Origin: Bugula neritina
Taxonomy: Eukaryota; Animalia; Bryozoa
Direction of reading: 5' to 3'
DNA length: 64,000 nucleotides
NCBI GenBank assembly: GCA_964035545.1
Contig: OZ037766.1
Coordinates: 5,012,722-5,076,721 of the forward strand
Shown: positions 1 to 12,100 of the stretch, in pieces
How the letters are laid out: each line of letters starts with the position of its first letter
Numbering within the stretch: the stretch's first letter is position 1
Notes under the pieces: generated by a model
The model's input: the letters and a program-made list of their open reading frames with translations, nothing else
Told to the model about the DNA's origin: nothing
The model's database searches: none
Position numbers and translations under genes: made by a program

Positions 1-3000
1 GTCATTTCACTACCTGGACGCGTCCGTGATCAAGCAATTCACGAGACGTTCATAGTCAGCCAGCTGAAGGAGGACGCCATCCTGGGAATGCCGTTTCTGG
101 AGAAACACCAGTGTCACATGGATTTCCAGAAGTCAGTGGTGGTGATGGCTGGGAAGGAGCTTGTCTGCGTTGACAAGTTCGGAAGGCCCTTGGTGGGCGG
201 AGTCCAGGTAGTGCGGGACTGCACGGTTCCGGGGAGATCCCAGGCGACTCTTCGCTGCAGAGTCAACTGCAAGGGGATCGCCGGCCTGGGGGTGGTTGAG
301 GGAACGCACGGAGCGATCCGACTAGCAAACAGCCTGAATCGGCTAGATTGTCGGCAGGAGCTCCTCGTGCAGTGCATCAACCCCTTCACGGAACCTATCC
401 GATTATCGGCTGGAGCGCTGGTGGGGAAGTACCACTCCATCCAGGAAGCGGATGTGGGTCCGGCACTGGAGACAGTGGCCGACACCCAGGGTAAACCCCC
501 TCACACCAGACGAGGAGCAGTCCCGGAGCATGTGGCTGACCTATACGATGGAGCGTGCGGAAACTGTACCAGTAGTACTGAACGCCAAGTACTGGCTCAA
601 CTACTTGCAGAGTACAGTGATGTCTTCAGTCGTGGCGATGAAGACATGGGGCTGACCAAAGTCATCTCCCACGAGATACCCCTGGCAGCCGGCACCACTC
701 CCATCAGGCAGCCTACCCGGCGTCTAGGCCCGGAGAAGGAGAAGGAGGTGAGCCGACAGGTACAGGATCTTCTCGACCGGAATCTGATTGAGCCTGCCCA
801 CGGTGCGTGGAGCTCTCCAGTAGTCCTGGTCAAGAAGAAGGATGGTAGCTGGAGATTCTGCGTGGACTACCGCAGACTCAACAGCGTTACCATCCAGGAC
901 GCCTACCCTCTCCCACGGATAGATGAGTCTCTAGATGCCCTCGCGGGTAGCAAGTACTTCAGTACTTTGGATCTGCTTAGCGGGTACTGGCAAGTACCCC
1001 TCAGTCCTGATGCCCAGGACAAAGCAGCATTCATCACTCGCGACGGGCTCTGGAAGTGGAAAGTACTGCCATTTGGACTAACGTCCGCTCCGGCAACTTT
1101 CCAACGGCTCATGGAGCAGGTCCTCAGTGGGTTACACTGGAAGACCCTCCTCATCTATCTAGACGACGTCATTGTCATTTCCCCAGACTTCTCGACTCAT
1201 GTCAGTCGCCTGCGGGAAGTCTTTGACCGTCTCCGGGCAGCTGGACTGAAGCTGAAGCCCTCCAAGTGTGCGCTCCTGCAGCCGGAAGTCACGTACCTTG
1301 GCCATGTGGTTGGCCGTGATGGGGTCGCTACCGACCCGGAGAAGGTACAGGCTGTGAAGGAGTGGACTGTCCCCCGTGACCTCCCTGAGTTGCGCGCGTT
1401 CCTGGGCCTAGTAGGGTACTACCGGCAGTACATACCTGGCTTCGCAGGAGTGGCCCAGCCGTTAAATCGGCTGACCGCAAAGGGGGTCCGGTGGCAGTGG
1501 ACACAGGAGGAGCAGCAGGCATTTGACCACCTCAAGCAGCGGCTAATGGAGGCGCCAATTCTGGCGTATCCTGACCCAGCCCAAGAGTACATCCTGGACA
1601 CTGACGCCAGCGACCACAGCGTGGGAGCTGTCCTGTCTCAAGTCCAGGGTGGAAGTGAGGTGGTCGTAGCTTACTACAGCAAGACTCTCGCAGCCGCCGA
1701 GAAGAACTACTGCACCACTAGGAAGGAACTCCTAGCAGTAGTCAAGGCGGTCAAGCACTTTCGGCCATATCTGTATGGGAGAACGTTCCGTTTGCGAACA
1801 GACCATGCATCACTGATATGGCTGTGTAAACGTGCAGAGCCCTCGAGCCAGGTGGCTCGTTGGCTAGAGATTCTTGCCGAGTTCTCTTACCGGATAGAGC
1901 ACCGTGCTGGCCGGAAGCACGGGAACGCCGACGGCATGAGCCGCCGGCCGGTAGGAGACTGTAAGCAGTGCCTGCACATTGAGAAGCGGGACGGGGGACC
2001 CGCTCGCCTTGACGTGGAAACAGAGTTAGGGGAGGGCGCCGTCTATCGGTGGGAGCACGGCCATCTTCGGACCGAAACCCACTCAGACGACGTCCAGGCG
2101 CTTCACGCCAACCCCACTCTATTCCAGAACGTCAAGGAGCTGTGCCGACTCCAGGAGATGCTACCCGATGCGGTAGCGGACATCTTCCGGGCCAAGAAGG
2201 AGGGCCGACGACCTAGCGAGGAACAGCAGCGGCAGGGAGACGTTGAGTTCCAACTCCTCTGTCGTCGCTGGGACGCCCTCAAGGTCAGTCCTGATGACCT
2301 CCTAATGATAACGTTAGCAGCAGACAACCGTCAGCAGGAGAGGGACCGCGTCGTCTGTCCACGCGCCCTCCGACGGGAACTGATCTGGGACACCCATAAG
2401 CAGGCTCATTCTGGAGTCAGCCGGGTCATCAGGTGTCTGCGGCTGCGTTGGTATTGGCCCGGAATGACTCGGGACGTACGACTGCGGGTACGGCAATGCG
2501 AGGTCTGCCAAGCTAGCAAGCATGGCCGCCCCACGGAAACCACTGGTCGACGCCGGCTATACGCTGGTCGACCGTGGCAAGTAGTGGCGGTGGACCTCGT
2601 CGGGCCTATGCCGTTATCCGCCAGAGGGAACACCTGGATACTGGTGCTCACGGACCACTTTACCCGGTGGGCAGATGCTCTGGCTATTCCAGATGCAACA
2701 GCCCCCACGGTGGCCCGTACCCTGGACCAACATGTGTTCTGTTACCTCGGTTTACCCGAGCAGATACATACGGACCAGGGTGCCCAGTTCCAGTCCCAGC
2801 TCATGGGAGACCTCTGCCGGATATGGGGGGTGAACCAGAGTCGGACCACCCCATATCACCCGCAAGGGAACGGAGTCGTCGAGCGGAACAACAGGATGTT
2901 GGGTGACGCCCTCAGGAGCCTGCTCCTTGGTCGAGGTCAGGAAGAATGGGACGTGGTGCTGCCGCAAATCATGCGGGCTTACCGCAGCACACCACACTCC

Positions 3001-5319
3001 GCCACGCAGGAGACCCCAAACTTCCTGATGCTAGGCCGAGAGACGCGGGTTCCGGAACACCTGACATACCATGTTCCTGCCCCCGAGTCACCGGTACACG
3101 AATATGTGGAGGGTCTGATAGACATCATGGGCAAAGCTCATGATGCACTGCGTACCCAGCAGTGGCAGACCCGCACAGAGGACTCGGAAGAGCCCCCGTT
3201 GTACCAAGTGGGAGACTGGGTCTGGATGGTGAGCTACCGTAGGCGACGCGGACAGTCGGCTAAACTTCAGCCCAAGTTCGTCGGTCCCTACTGTGTAGTG
3301 GAGGTGCTGCCCAACCACACATACCGTGTGGAGCGCTCTGGCCAGGTCTCGGTCCAGAGCGAGCAGCGCCTGAAGCCTTACCATGCCAGCCCAGACGCAG
3401 TGGGTGAGGCTCCACCCCTCCTGGAGCCCCACCGCCAGCCCAACCGTCGCGGACGGGCCACCCAGCCCCGAGAGGTGGAAATTGTGGTTCCCAGAGAGTC
3501 GGACCGGGAGCAGGCCGCCTTGATAGAGCAGCTGGAGCGACAACAGAGTGAGGAGCGGGAACGAGAGCGACAGCAAGCCCGAGGACCACCACCCCTCCAA
3601 GGGGAGGACGCCCCCACCCATGTCGTGGGTGAAGACAGGGACCCCCCTCCAACGATCACTGAAGAACCACCAGCACCAGCAGCGCCTGTGCAGCAAGAAA
3701 GGAGTCAGAGGGCCAGAAGGCCCCCTAGATACCTGGCAGACTATGCTGTAGGACACCTAGAATTACCCCCCCGTGCCTGTAGTCCATCCAGTACGGATAA
3801 CTACCCCATCTTGGTTGGAAATTCCCTCCATCACCTCGGAGAATTCCACCAAGAAGAAGAAATTTCAAGCCGAAATTCGGAGGGCACGCGTTTACGCGAG
3901 TTGTCTTTTCAAAGTTGTTTGGAATTTCCCACGAGTCACGAAGCTCGGACTATCGCAGGTAGTAATTCCAAAACACGAGGCTCGGCCATTTCAACTTTCA
4001 CTAACACGCTGTCAAGACGTTCTTTTAACTCAGATTTAAATTTCAATTCTAAAATTAAGTGTGATTACCTCGATACAACTATGGGCAGATCATCACCAGT
4101 GAAACAATCAGGTATTTCTTTACGGCTAGATCCTCCCCATGCGGAGTCTAGCCAACCTAATACTAATAGTAGTGTAGATTGGTCGGTACTTGATTTACTA
4201 GAATCAAATCTGTTAGAACCGGAGGCTGAGATGGATCTCGGGGGTGACTCAGCCCTCGACTTTTTGCTAGATCAGGAGGTGAGCTCAGTCACTCTTTGTG
4301 ACTCATCTCGGCCTGCGGTTCATAGTCTAGCCCCTCGCAAACCTGTGCCGAATTTCGGCGGTAGCGAGATCGGCTCTTCACAGCCTCTGCTATCTCTTGC
4401 AGCCGAACACATGGAGATTGAGGAGGCCAGTCAGCCCGACTCCCCTCTTCCCCCGGCCCCTGTCCCGGCTCTCCACAGCCAGCAGGGCGCCACACCCACC
4501 TCAGCGGCGTGTACCACTAACACGGGTAGCCCCAGCTCCAAACCGGTCGAGCTACAGCTCACCGCCGGGGAGGAGCAGGGCATACTCAGCAGTGACCACC
4601 CTGACGGCCTGACTGAAGAAGATGCCCCAATACTGGCCCTGCCTCGGGCCCTGGTCGCCCGCCAGTATTGGGTTTCAGGAGCGACCAGTCGCCAGATTGG
4701 TGAGGCGTGCGGTGAGCCGGGCAACCGCATTTGCCACCAGTGCAGGAGGAAGTTTTCCTCCTCACGGCGGCTGCGGGTACACGCCCCCCAGCACTTCCTC
4801 AACGTATTTTGCCCGTGTGGAGAGTACAGCTACCAGCGTGATTATGTGCTGAGACATCAGCGCATATCACGCTGCCACACGGGCTATACGTTCGCTGTGG
4901 ATGAGGCCACCTTCCCCGAGTTTCGGGACCTGGTGCTGCCACACGTGGCGGATCCTCGCAGACGGGCAGCTCTCGCCCAGGGATTCCCCGCGTGTCGGCC
5001 AGTCCAGGAGCAGGAGGGGGAGCCCGTCGCCACCCCCCAACCGGCAGCCACCCAACCACTTCGGGTCGTGCTGGCACGGGTCGGAGCGGATGCCAGGGAC
5101 GACTCCTCGGACCTGGGCCCCCGACCCTTGGCGACGGGCAAGAAGCAGAGGTCATCAACCGGCCCCGACACATCTGGCCGACGCAGACGGCCAACGACAA
5201 CCCAGTTGGAAGAAGAGGTCCGGTATCTGCGCAGGCGCCTCCGCAGGTGTGAGGAGGAGATGGGGGAGCTCCGGCGACGCCTGAGCCGCCTGGAACGAGG
5301 ACACCCCAGTGACAAATAA
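1..5319 (+). CDS. pol: Gypsy Pol polyprotein (protease C-end, RT, RNase H, integrase) with a long C-terminal extension carrying zinc fingers and a coiled coil
   Basis: Frame is open from base 1 (…EDAILGMPFL, aspartic-protease C-end). RT motifs WRFCVDYRRLN, LPFGL and YLDD (1156-1167); RNase H TDASD…ELLAVV…TDH; integrase H-x3-H…CEVC, VAVDLVGP, HTDQG, GVVERNNR; GPY motif KFVGPY; stop TAA at 5317-5319. Confidence 0.95.
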   Translation, partial: VISLPGRVRDQAIHETFIVSQLKEDAILGMPFLEKHQCHMDFQKSVVVMAGKELVCVDKFGRPLVGGVQVVRDCTVPGRSQATLRCRVNCKGIAGLGVVEGTHGAIRLANSLNRLDCRQELLVQCINPFTEPIRLSAGALVGKYHSIQEADVGPALETVADTQGKPPHTRRGAVPEHVADLYDGACGNCTSSTERQVLAQLLAEYSDVFSRGDEDMGLTKVISHEIPLAAGTTPIRQPTRRLGPEKEKEVSRQVQDLLDRNLIEPAHGAWSSPVVLVKKKDGSWRFCVDYRRLNSVTIQDAYPLPRIDESLDALAGSKYFSTLDLLSGYWQVPLSPDAQDKAAFITRDGLWKWKVLPFGLTSAPATFQRLMEQVLSGLHWKTLLIYLDDVIVISPDFSTHVSRLREVFDRLRAAGLKLKPSKCALLQPEVTYLGHVVGRDGVATDPEKVQAVKEWTVPRDLPELRAFLGLVGYYRQYIPGFAGVAQPLNRLTAKGVRWQWTQEEQQAFDHLKQRLMEAPILAYPDPAQEYILDTDASDHSVGAVLSQVQGGSEVVVAYYSKTLAAAEKNYCTTRKELLAVVKAVKHFRPYLYGRTFRLRTDHASLIWLCKRAEPSSQVARWLEILAEFSYRIEHRAGRKHGNADGMSRRPVGDCKQCLHIEKRDGGPARLDVETELGEGAVYRWEHGHLRTETHSDDVQALHANPTLFQNVKELCRLQEMLPDAVADIFRAKKEGRRPSEEQQRQGDVEFQLLCRRWDALKVSPDDLLMITLAADNRQQERDRVVCPRALRRELIWDTHKQAHSGVSRVIRCLRLRWYWPGMTRDVRLRVRQCEVCQASKHGRPTETTGRRRLYAGRPWQVVAVDLVGPMPLSARGNTWILVLTDHFTRWADALAIPDATAPTVARTLDQHVFCYLGLPEQIHTDQGAQFQSQLMGDLCRIWGVNQSRTTPYHPQGNGVVERNNRMLGDALRSLLLGRGQEEWDVVLPQIMRAYRSTPHSATQETPNFLMLGRETRVPEHLTYHVPAPESPVHEYVEGLIDIMGKAHDALRTQQWQTRTEDSEEPPLYQVGDWVWMVSYRRRRGQSAKLQPKFVGPYCVVEVLPNHTYRVERSGQVSVQSEQRLKPYHASPDAVGEAPPLLEPHRQPNRRGRATQPREVEIVVPRESDREQAALIEQLERQQSEERERERQQARGPPPLQGEDAPTHVVGEDRDPPPTITEEPPAPAAPVQQERSQRARRPPRYLADYAVGHLELPPRACSPSSTDNYPILVGNSLHHLGEFHQEEEISSRNSEGTRLRELSFQSCLEFPTSHEARTIAGSNSKTRGSAISTFTNTLSRRSFNSDLNFNSKIKCDYLDTTMGRSSPVKQSGISLRLDPPHAESSQPNTNSSVDWSVLDLLESNLLEPEAEMDLGGDSALDFLLDQEVSSVTLCDSSRPAVHSLAPRKPVPNFGGSEIGSSQPLLSLAAEHMEIEEASQPDSPLPPAPVPALHSQQGATPTSAACTTNTGSPSSKPVELQLTAGEEQGILSSDHPDGLTEEDAPILALPRALVARQYWVSGATSRQIGEACGEPGNRICHQCRRKFSSSRRLRVHAPQHFLNVFCPCGEYSYQRDYVLRHQRISRCHTGYTFAVDEATFPEFRDLVLPHVADPRRRAALAQGFPACRPVQEQEGEPVATPQPAATQPLRVVLARVGADARDDSSDLGPRPLATGKKQRSSTGPDTSGRRRRPTTTQLEEEVRYLRRRLRRCEEEMGELRRRLSRLERGHPSDK

Positions 5320-5650
5320 ACTTACCTTTTGACAATGGTGGCGGGTGTGTGTGTGTTTTATGTTATATACTGTTTTTTTTATTATGTTGTCATACGTGAA
5401 CAATAATGTGTACTATTCCTTCAAGACACCTTGTGTTATTGCATGTGATTATGTTATCTTTTCTATGTACGCGGTGCGTACCCCCCCCCCTTGTGTTTTC
5501 TCTTTTTATTTGTTTATCGTTATTATTACTATGTTGTTGTTATATTTTTTTTTGTTGTTGTTGTTCTGTGTGTGCTTTTGTTTTCTACTTGTTTTCTTTT
5601 GTCATCGGCGCACCTCTTATCGGAAAGCGTGCTTTCCGATGGGGGGTGTG

Positions 5651-6013
5651 TGTGATGGATTTGTGTCTCCAGACTGCCGAGACCGGCGCTTCGGTGTTCC
5701 GAAATGCCGATATACCGAATATCGGCAGATCGGGGTACCGAAGTGTCGGGGTGCCAGTTTCGGCGTTTCGGATCCCCGAAACGCCGAAATTCGGCATTTC
5801 GGGCCTCCGATCTCGGCAGAAAGGAATGTCTTTGTCTGCACACATATATAAAGCCAGCGAGTTCCAGTGTAAATCAGACTACTACTGGAGCTCGCTGGTA
5901 GTAGGACCACATAGGCTGTATTTGATGCTAATAAAGTTATCTTCATTCGTATTCAAAATACTTGGCTTATTCTCTCTAGAGCATGTAGGCACTAGTTGCA
6001 TTCAAAACCCACA
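5651..6013 (+). repeat. 3' LTR of the Gypsy element (about 363 bp)
   Basis: Starts TGTGATGG right after the PPT. TATATAAA at about 5845, AATAAA at about 5930, ends …AACCCACA. The right end is inferred because the 5' LTR is outside the window. Confidence 0.7.
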
Positions 6014-6127
6014 AGTTTACTACAGTAGCTCAATTTTTGTGAAAGTTTTTTACTAATTATTAAAAGTATTCTCTATGCATGCTTCAAGTAGTATCAGTGT
6101 TTCAATAACTATTATACATCTTTCTAG

Positions 6128-9100
6128 TTTTTCTGGCTTATATTATAACTCGGCAATTTGAAGCAATCAATTTATCGAAAGATGAATTATATGAACAACT
6201 GCTGGAATCATGTTTAAGACTGTGTGCTTGGTTAGCTGTGAAGAGAAAAGTTGACCTACAACTTCAGCCATCTCACGCTTCCTACTGTTCACTGAATAAA
6301 TATAATCTATATTTACAGTGAGTCATTCGTTTCTAGTTGTAAAGTTAAAGGTTTTTCACTTATTTTTGGATAAAATTTGCCAATTTATTTAAATAATACT
6401 TAATCTGCTTTCATTTATTGTTCAGTAAATTAAAATTAATTAAGTGCAAGTAAAAATTTTATTTATGTTGCACAGAAGTTTACAAGAGCTAACAGCTGGA
6501 AGTAAAAAGATTTTAGACGAGAGTTTTATTACCATGACTGTCAACAGTATTTTGCGAATGCTGGGACATTGTAATTGTGGTTCAGCTAAAAATATTGATG
6601 AAGTAATAGCAGGAACCTGCAAAAATGAGTTGAAGAAAAAAGTTGATCAAGTATGCAATATTTACTAATTACTATATAGTAGCGAAATCAGAAATGTATA
6701 CCTCCTTTAAAAACCAATTAAGCTACTGGTTGTATGCTGAGAACTGATTGCTTGCTATATAAACAGACATATGTTATACAGCTCATTAATTTTCAATTTC
6801 AAGTCAACAAATCTTTCAATTTATTTAGCTGCACATCTCTTTACAATTTTGTTAATAAGTGATCACTTACATATGTGTTGGAAATTGCAAAACATAGGTT
6901 TTTCATTTCAATAAATATGTGGGTAATTTCACCTAATTCAGTACACACTCTAAATCTTCAGTTTTAGCTATTTTTCACAATTTAGCTGCTAATTTATATG
7001 GGTTTTTGCTCTAGAAACTAATAAAAGCTTAAAAAATGCAACTAATTTGTCAAAGTTCTTTTTGATTTTGCTTGGTTTCCTATGTTTATTCCTGATTATT
7101 TAGTTAATTTGAATGTACGGATAGTCACGAAAAACATTCAAATTAACTAAATAATCAGGAAAAAACATAGGAAACCAAGCACAATCAAAAAGAACCTTGA
7201 TTATTTAGTGCATTTATTGATACTTTATAAGTTTTGGGCAAAAATCCATATACATTAGCAGCTAGATTGTGAAAATTGCTAAAAACTGGAGATTTCGAGT
7301 GTGTACTGAATTAAGTAAAATGACCCTTGTATACATGTTTTATTAGGCTAGCTATATTGTATATTTACATGTCTATTTTTATTAAAGCTTACAATTTATT
7401 TTAGACAAATATCAAAGATGCTCTGAAAAAAATACAAGATGTCAAATTTGTTAAGCTGGTAGCCAATGAAGCATTAGAGTTACTGCCTTACATTTTATCA
7501 CTCTTTCAAAATAAACTACACCAACAAGCACTTGAAAATCTTGAAAACTCCAGAAGTGAAGCGCCTAAAGCTGACCCAAACCATAATTTACACGAGACAT
7601 CAAACAATTTTATGGCTAAAAAGAACAGTATAGAGGAAAGGAGGGAATTGGGCATACTCAAGAGTAGGATTGCTGTTGCTCACTGCTTATAAAACGCTGT
7701 CTGCTTGCTGCTAAAGCTTAATATTATATTTTCAAAAAAGTTTTATAAATGAATTTAATTTTTTTTAAAATATATATACTTTCAACTATAATTATGCTTG
7801 TAAATGAACTGCTCAGGTTATACCGAAATTGCTTTTTTTTAAAATGTTTTATTTGCTTGCTTGTTTTAAAGTAATTATATCACTGTTTTGCAATTTTAAA
7901 TAAATCATTTAAAAAACTTTACAGTCCTTTAATATAAAATACTGGTAAAAAGGAAAAATTGTGTTAGACTTATTTTAGGTATTATATCATATCTGTGGTC
8001 TACTAGGTGTTGGTGCAGGTATAAAAGAGGCACCATATCATGTAAAGCAACAAGCATGTACTCATTCATTCAGTGCTATTGTGATACCTAACTTACCTTG
8101 TAATTTTATTTTTCTCAGGCATTGATAGTGGTAGAATCAACCAGTCGTATGAAGATTTTCAAAGTCCCTCTAAGCGTGTTAACAGCTCTGCCTCACTGGG
8201 AAATGGTAATGTCAATTTTCATTATTTTAATATGCCATAGATCTTGTAAAAAAAATTTCAAGGTTACTGCTATGTTCATTGTGTGTATTTGAAAGTATTT
8301 TTATGGCAGTTTCACCTACAACCGAAATCATCAAGAGTGGATCCAAATCTATGAACAAAGAAACTCTATTATCTGTTTCTAAAAAAGTTGTTAGTTTCAA
8401 GGACAGTGTAGAAAATTTTCCATTTCCTGCACCTGTGCATGATCGTAGCAAATATGACCGGATTTTGAATTCGGACTCTTTTAAAGAGAGGAGCAAAAGT
8501 AAGATTGGTGGTTTGGCAAACAAACAACTGATGGTGATTGAAGATCAGGATGAGTATAAAGTGTATAATAATGATTCTGATAGTAGTATAGCTTCGACAG
8601 AGCATCAAAGTGATTCTAAAATTAAAAATGTTGAAAAACAGCAAAGTGAACATTTTGATGCGCCAATGGACAAGTCTGATGATTATTCTCCTGTTCCACA
8701 TTCAATGGATGACAAATTTGAGACAATGCAGGATACAAGCATTGCAATCAGCATGAAGTCCAGCACATCTTTTACCAATGTGATTAAAAACTACCAGTCG
8801 ATGCCAGTCTTGTCTAAAAAGGTTGCCCGTGTTTGCGTTGTTTTACATGTTCATTTTGCTTAGACTGTTACATTGTTAAGTTTTAGCTGTTGGCCTTTAC
8901 AACGAATTTATTTAAAAATATCTGGAAGTAAATTTTTACACTACAATTCTATGGCATTTTCATATACACGCATTTGATAATACGTTTTAAAATATGATTT
9001 GTAATTCAATCACATTCTGGTAAGTCTTTGCTGCATTGTATAATGTCATCACCCGCTAAAAACTTTTCAGCAATTTAAAGAGCTAGATGTTTTCTCAAAT

Positions 9101-12100
9101 GGAAGTAAGAAGAGTAGAAGTGTTACAAAGTCTATTTTGGACACACTTGCAAGAGAAGCATCGAGTGAGAACACCACTGTCAAAGAAACAGTCAATGAAA
9201 ACAAAGGTGCCAAAGCACCATTATCCCTTAGTCGCGTGATAAACTCGGATGTGTTCACAGAAAATCAAAGACTAGTTCCATCGGATGCTGGCGGATCACG
9301 AAGAACTGTTAAGCTTGTACTTTCTCAAGATTTCGATAATAGCGCTCAACACAGACGCAGAAATCATACTAAGAAGTTCCGTCGTCGACTAGTCTTTTCT
9401 GATAATGATGTCATTGATCTTCATAATCCATTCTCACACACCAAGCTGTCTAGTTGCAACTTTAATCTGAGCCAAAATTCTGCTTCCAAGTCTATTGGTC
9501 ATAAAAAATCAAAAGAGACGTCTAAGATGTATATTTCTAAATTTAGATATGCATTAGACACGCATAGCTTGCCGGCAGTAATAAAGAATCATGCGACTCG
9601 TTTTAAACTGGACGAAGAACTTCAAGGTTTGATCACTTGTCAACAGTGTTAGCGTTGGTTCTTTCTAAATGTTTGATGTTTTTTTTGTTCCTTTATGGTA
9701 TTTTTGTCCCCTTTGACTATATTCCTTCATATAATGCGTTTACTTTTGTTCTAAATTTTTTTTAATCAAGGTTGTTTTAAGTGCAGATGTATTTATATGG
9801 TGTCAGCGTGCTTAATGTGACAAAGTTTGCTCAACAGTTGTACAGTTATGTGCATCTCCAATCATATTTTGTTGGCTGTGAACTGTGATAAAAGCTGTGT
9901 TTAAACATAATTTAAGCTAGTTAGCCTTTTTTGTACTTTAGAGCTCTTGTTCCCTGATTCATCAACCAGACAGCTTGTCAACTCGTTGGACAGTGATGAA
10001 GGTTAGCATGTTTAATTTAGCTAAACAACATATGGCATGTTTTTAATTTGTCACTAGCCAGATGTTTTGTATGTGAAATATTTAATAACTTTTTTGTGTT
10101 TTTTTAATTAAATGCGATGCCATGCTGCCAGGCTAGAGGTTTCACACTCCATCTTTAAAAGAATTTTTAGATAGTATCATGAACCGGGACATTTTCTCTA
10201 CTAACATACAATTTGATGTAATAAAATTTGAACTCTATTACACACAAAAAAATGTTCATATATATAGTCGATAAAATATCTGGCTACAAGATATACTTGT
10301 ACGGATTTTGCTAGCATCTGTTCTGCTTTATGAATTTCAGCCAATGACGAATCGGACTCTTCTAGTCATGAAATGGATTTTAGCAAAACAGCAGCTAATC
10401 AAGGTCCTCGGGCTAAACGGATTCTCAGGAACCACTCAGGGAAAATTGTTGAGGAAGATGCAGAATATGATCTTACAGATAATGATAATGATTACATGGT
10501 GAGTCTAACTTAGCAACATCAAGCAGTTCTTTTCAGAAATAATTGCAGTTTGTAAAGTAGAGTTTGCCTAAGATATCTTCTCATAAATTTGATGCCAGTT
10601 TTGTAATAATTGAGTCTAGAATACAATTGTTTACTCTGACATAAATATTAAGTACTCAGCCTTATTGACCTGTAACATACTCACATCAGGAACTACTGTG
10701 GTTGCATTACTTTCTGTGCTGTCATATGCCATGATATGGTGTTTAGAGACGTAAGAGGTCAAGTAAGATGCGATCAGCTCTTGGTAGAGACTCCGGTTTA
10801 GCCAGCACAAAAAGCCCGAGAACTAGGTCATCTAGCGCTGCAGTTAATTTAGGTTAGTGTTTCGCTGCTTCACTTTGTTATGTTACTTTTCACATTGTCA
10901 TAATTTCCAACTCATTTTTGGAAATGGGTTTTGTTAAGCATTTTAAATAAAGTACAGCTTTTCAGTGCTGTCAAAATAACAATATATTTAAAATTTGTGT
11001 AGTTCATTTAATAACATAATGCATACAATTCTCTAATCTATATCATATATTGATATTTATGTTATATAATCACAAACATTTCTAGCAAAGAAGAAAGAGA
11101 AAAGAAAAAAATCTAAAACAAAAAATATGTATCCAGTGTTACAGTTTGTTAAAAGTATGTTCTCCTATTTATAATTCTCTCTTCCTTTTCTCAATCTTAT
11201 CTTCTTTACGTTTTCTACATTCATTCATTTACTTCATACACCAGCATTAACGTTCATAATTCTCATATTCTATTTCCTCTTTCAATTTGTGTACACATGC
11301 AAATATATCAATCCACCATTTATTTTCTTATAGTAGTTTATCTGATTGCCACTTCCTAATATTTATGCAATAATGGACCATTTTTAGCTGATTTTCTAAT
11401 GAAACTATTCATTACAAAATATTGAATATGTAACAGAGTCACCCCAGAGTAACGCTGCAGAATCCTCCCAAGAACTGCCAGCTCAAGTCCCTTACCCTTC
11501 TTCAAGTCATGCCATCACGTCACAAAAGTCTGGTAATCTTCTAATAGCACACTGCTAAATTTCTCGCTAGCCTATTCAACCCTGCTCTACCTTACCCCAC
11601 CCTTGCATTATCCTATACAACTCTACTCTGTATGACCCTATACTGCTCTACGTTACTCTCCACTACTCTTTCTGCTCTGCCTAATCTCGCCTATCCTAGC
11701 AGCGTACTCTCTACACAACTCATGTAGAATACTATCTACTCCCTACACAACTCATGTAGAATACTACCTACTCCCTACACAAGTCCTGTAGAATACTACT
11801 TACTCATGTAGAATACCTGCTAACTCGCTGTTGGCATATGATTATGTAGACAGCAGCGCTGACCTAGACCTTGCCACTCTTAGTTTAAATGGCAGACTCA
11901 CTCTGTCATTGGACGGTGCTGATTTGACTGACTTATCGGACTCTGTGACCCCCGGACTAGATATGAACTACCTTGTGCCATTAGGTAGTACTAATGGTGA
12001 GCTGAATATGCTACTTGCAGGGTTGAATAGGTCTAGTGTTATCTTAGCTACTCTTTTTTATTTATTTAATTGACAAAAAGTCAAATATAAAAACACCTTA

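Larger units (their letters stand above)
1..6013 (+). mobile_element. Ty3/Gypsy LTR retrotransposon, 5'-truncated by the window edge
   Basis: GC-rich block against an AT-rich host. pol domain order is PR-RT-RH-IN (Gypsy order). A polypurine-like tract GATGGGGGGTGTG lies just before a TGTG...CACA-bounded LTR. Confidence 0.95.

Noticed and set aside
114-5403. Many overlapping antisense and alternate-frame ORFs within the Gypsy element
   Set aside because: Expected shadows of a GC-rich coding strand; no recognisable motifs.
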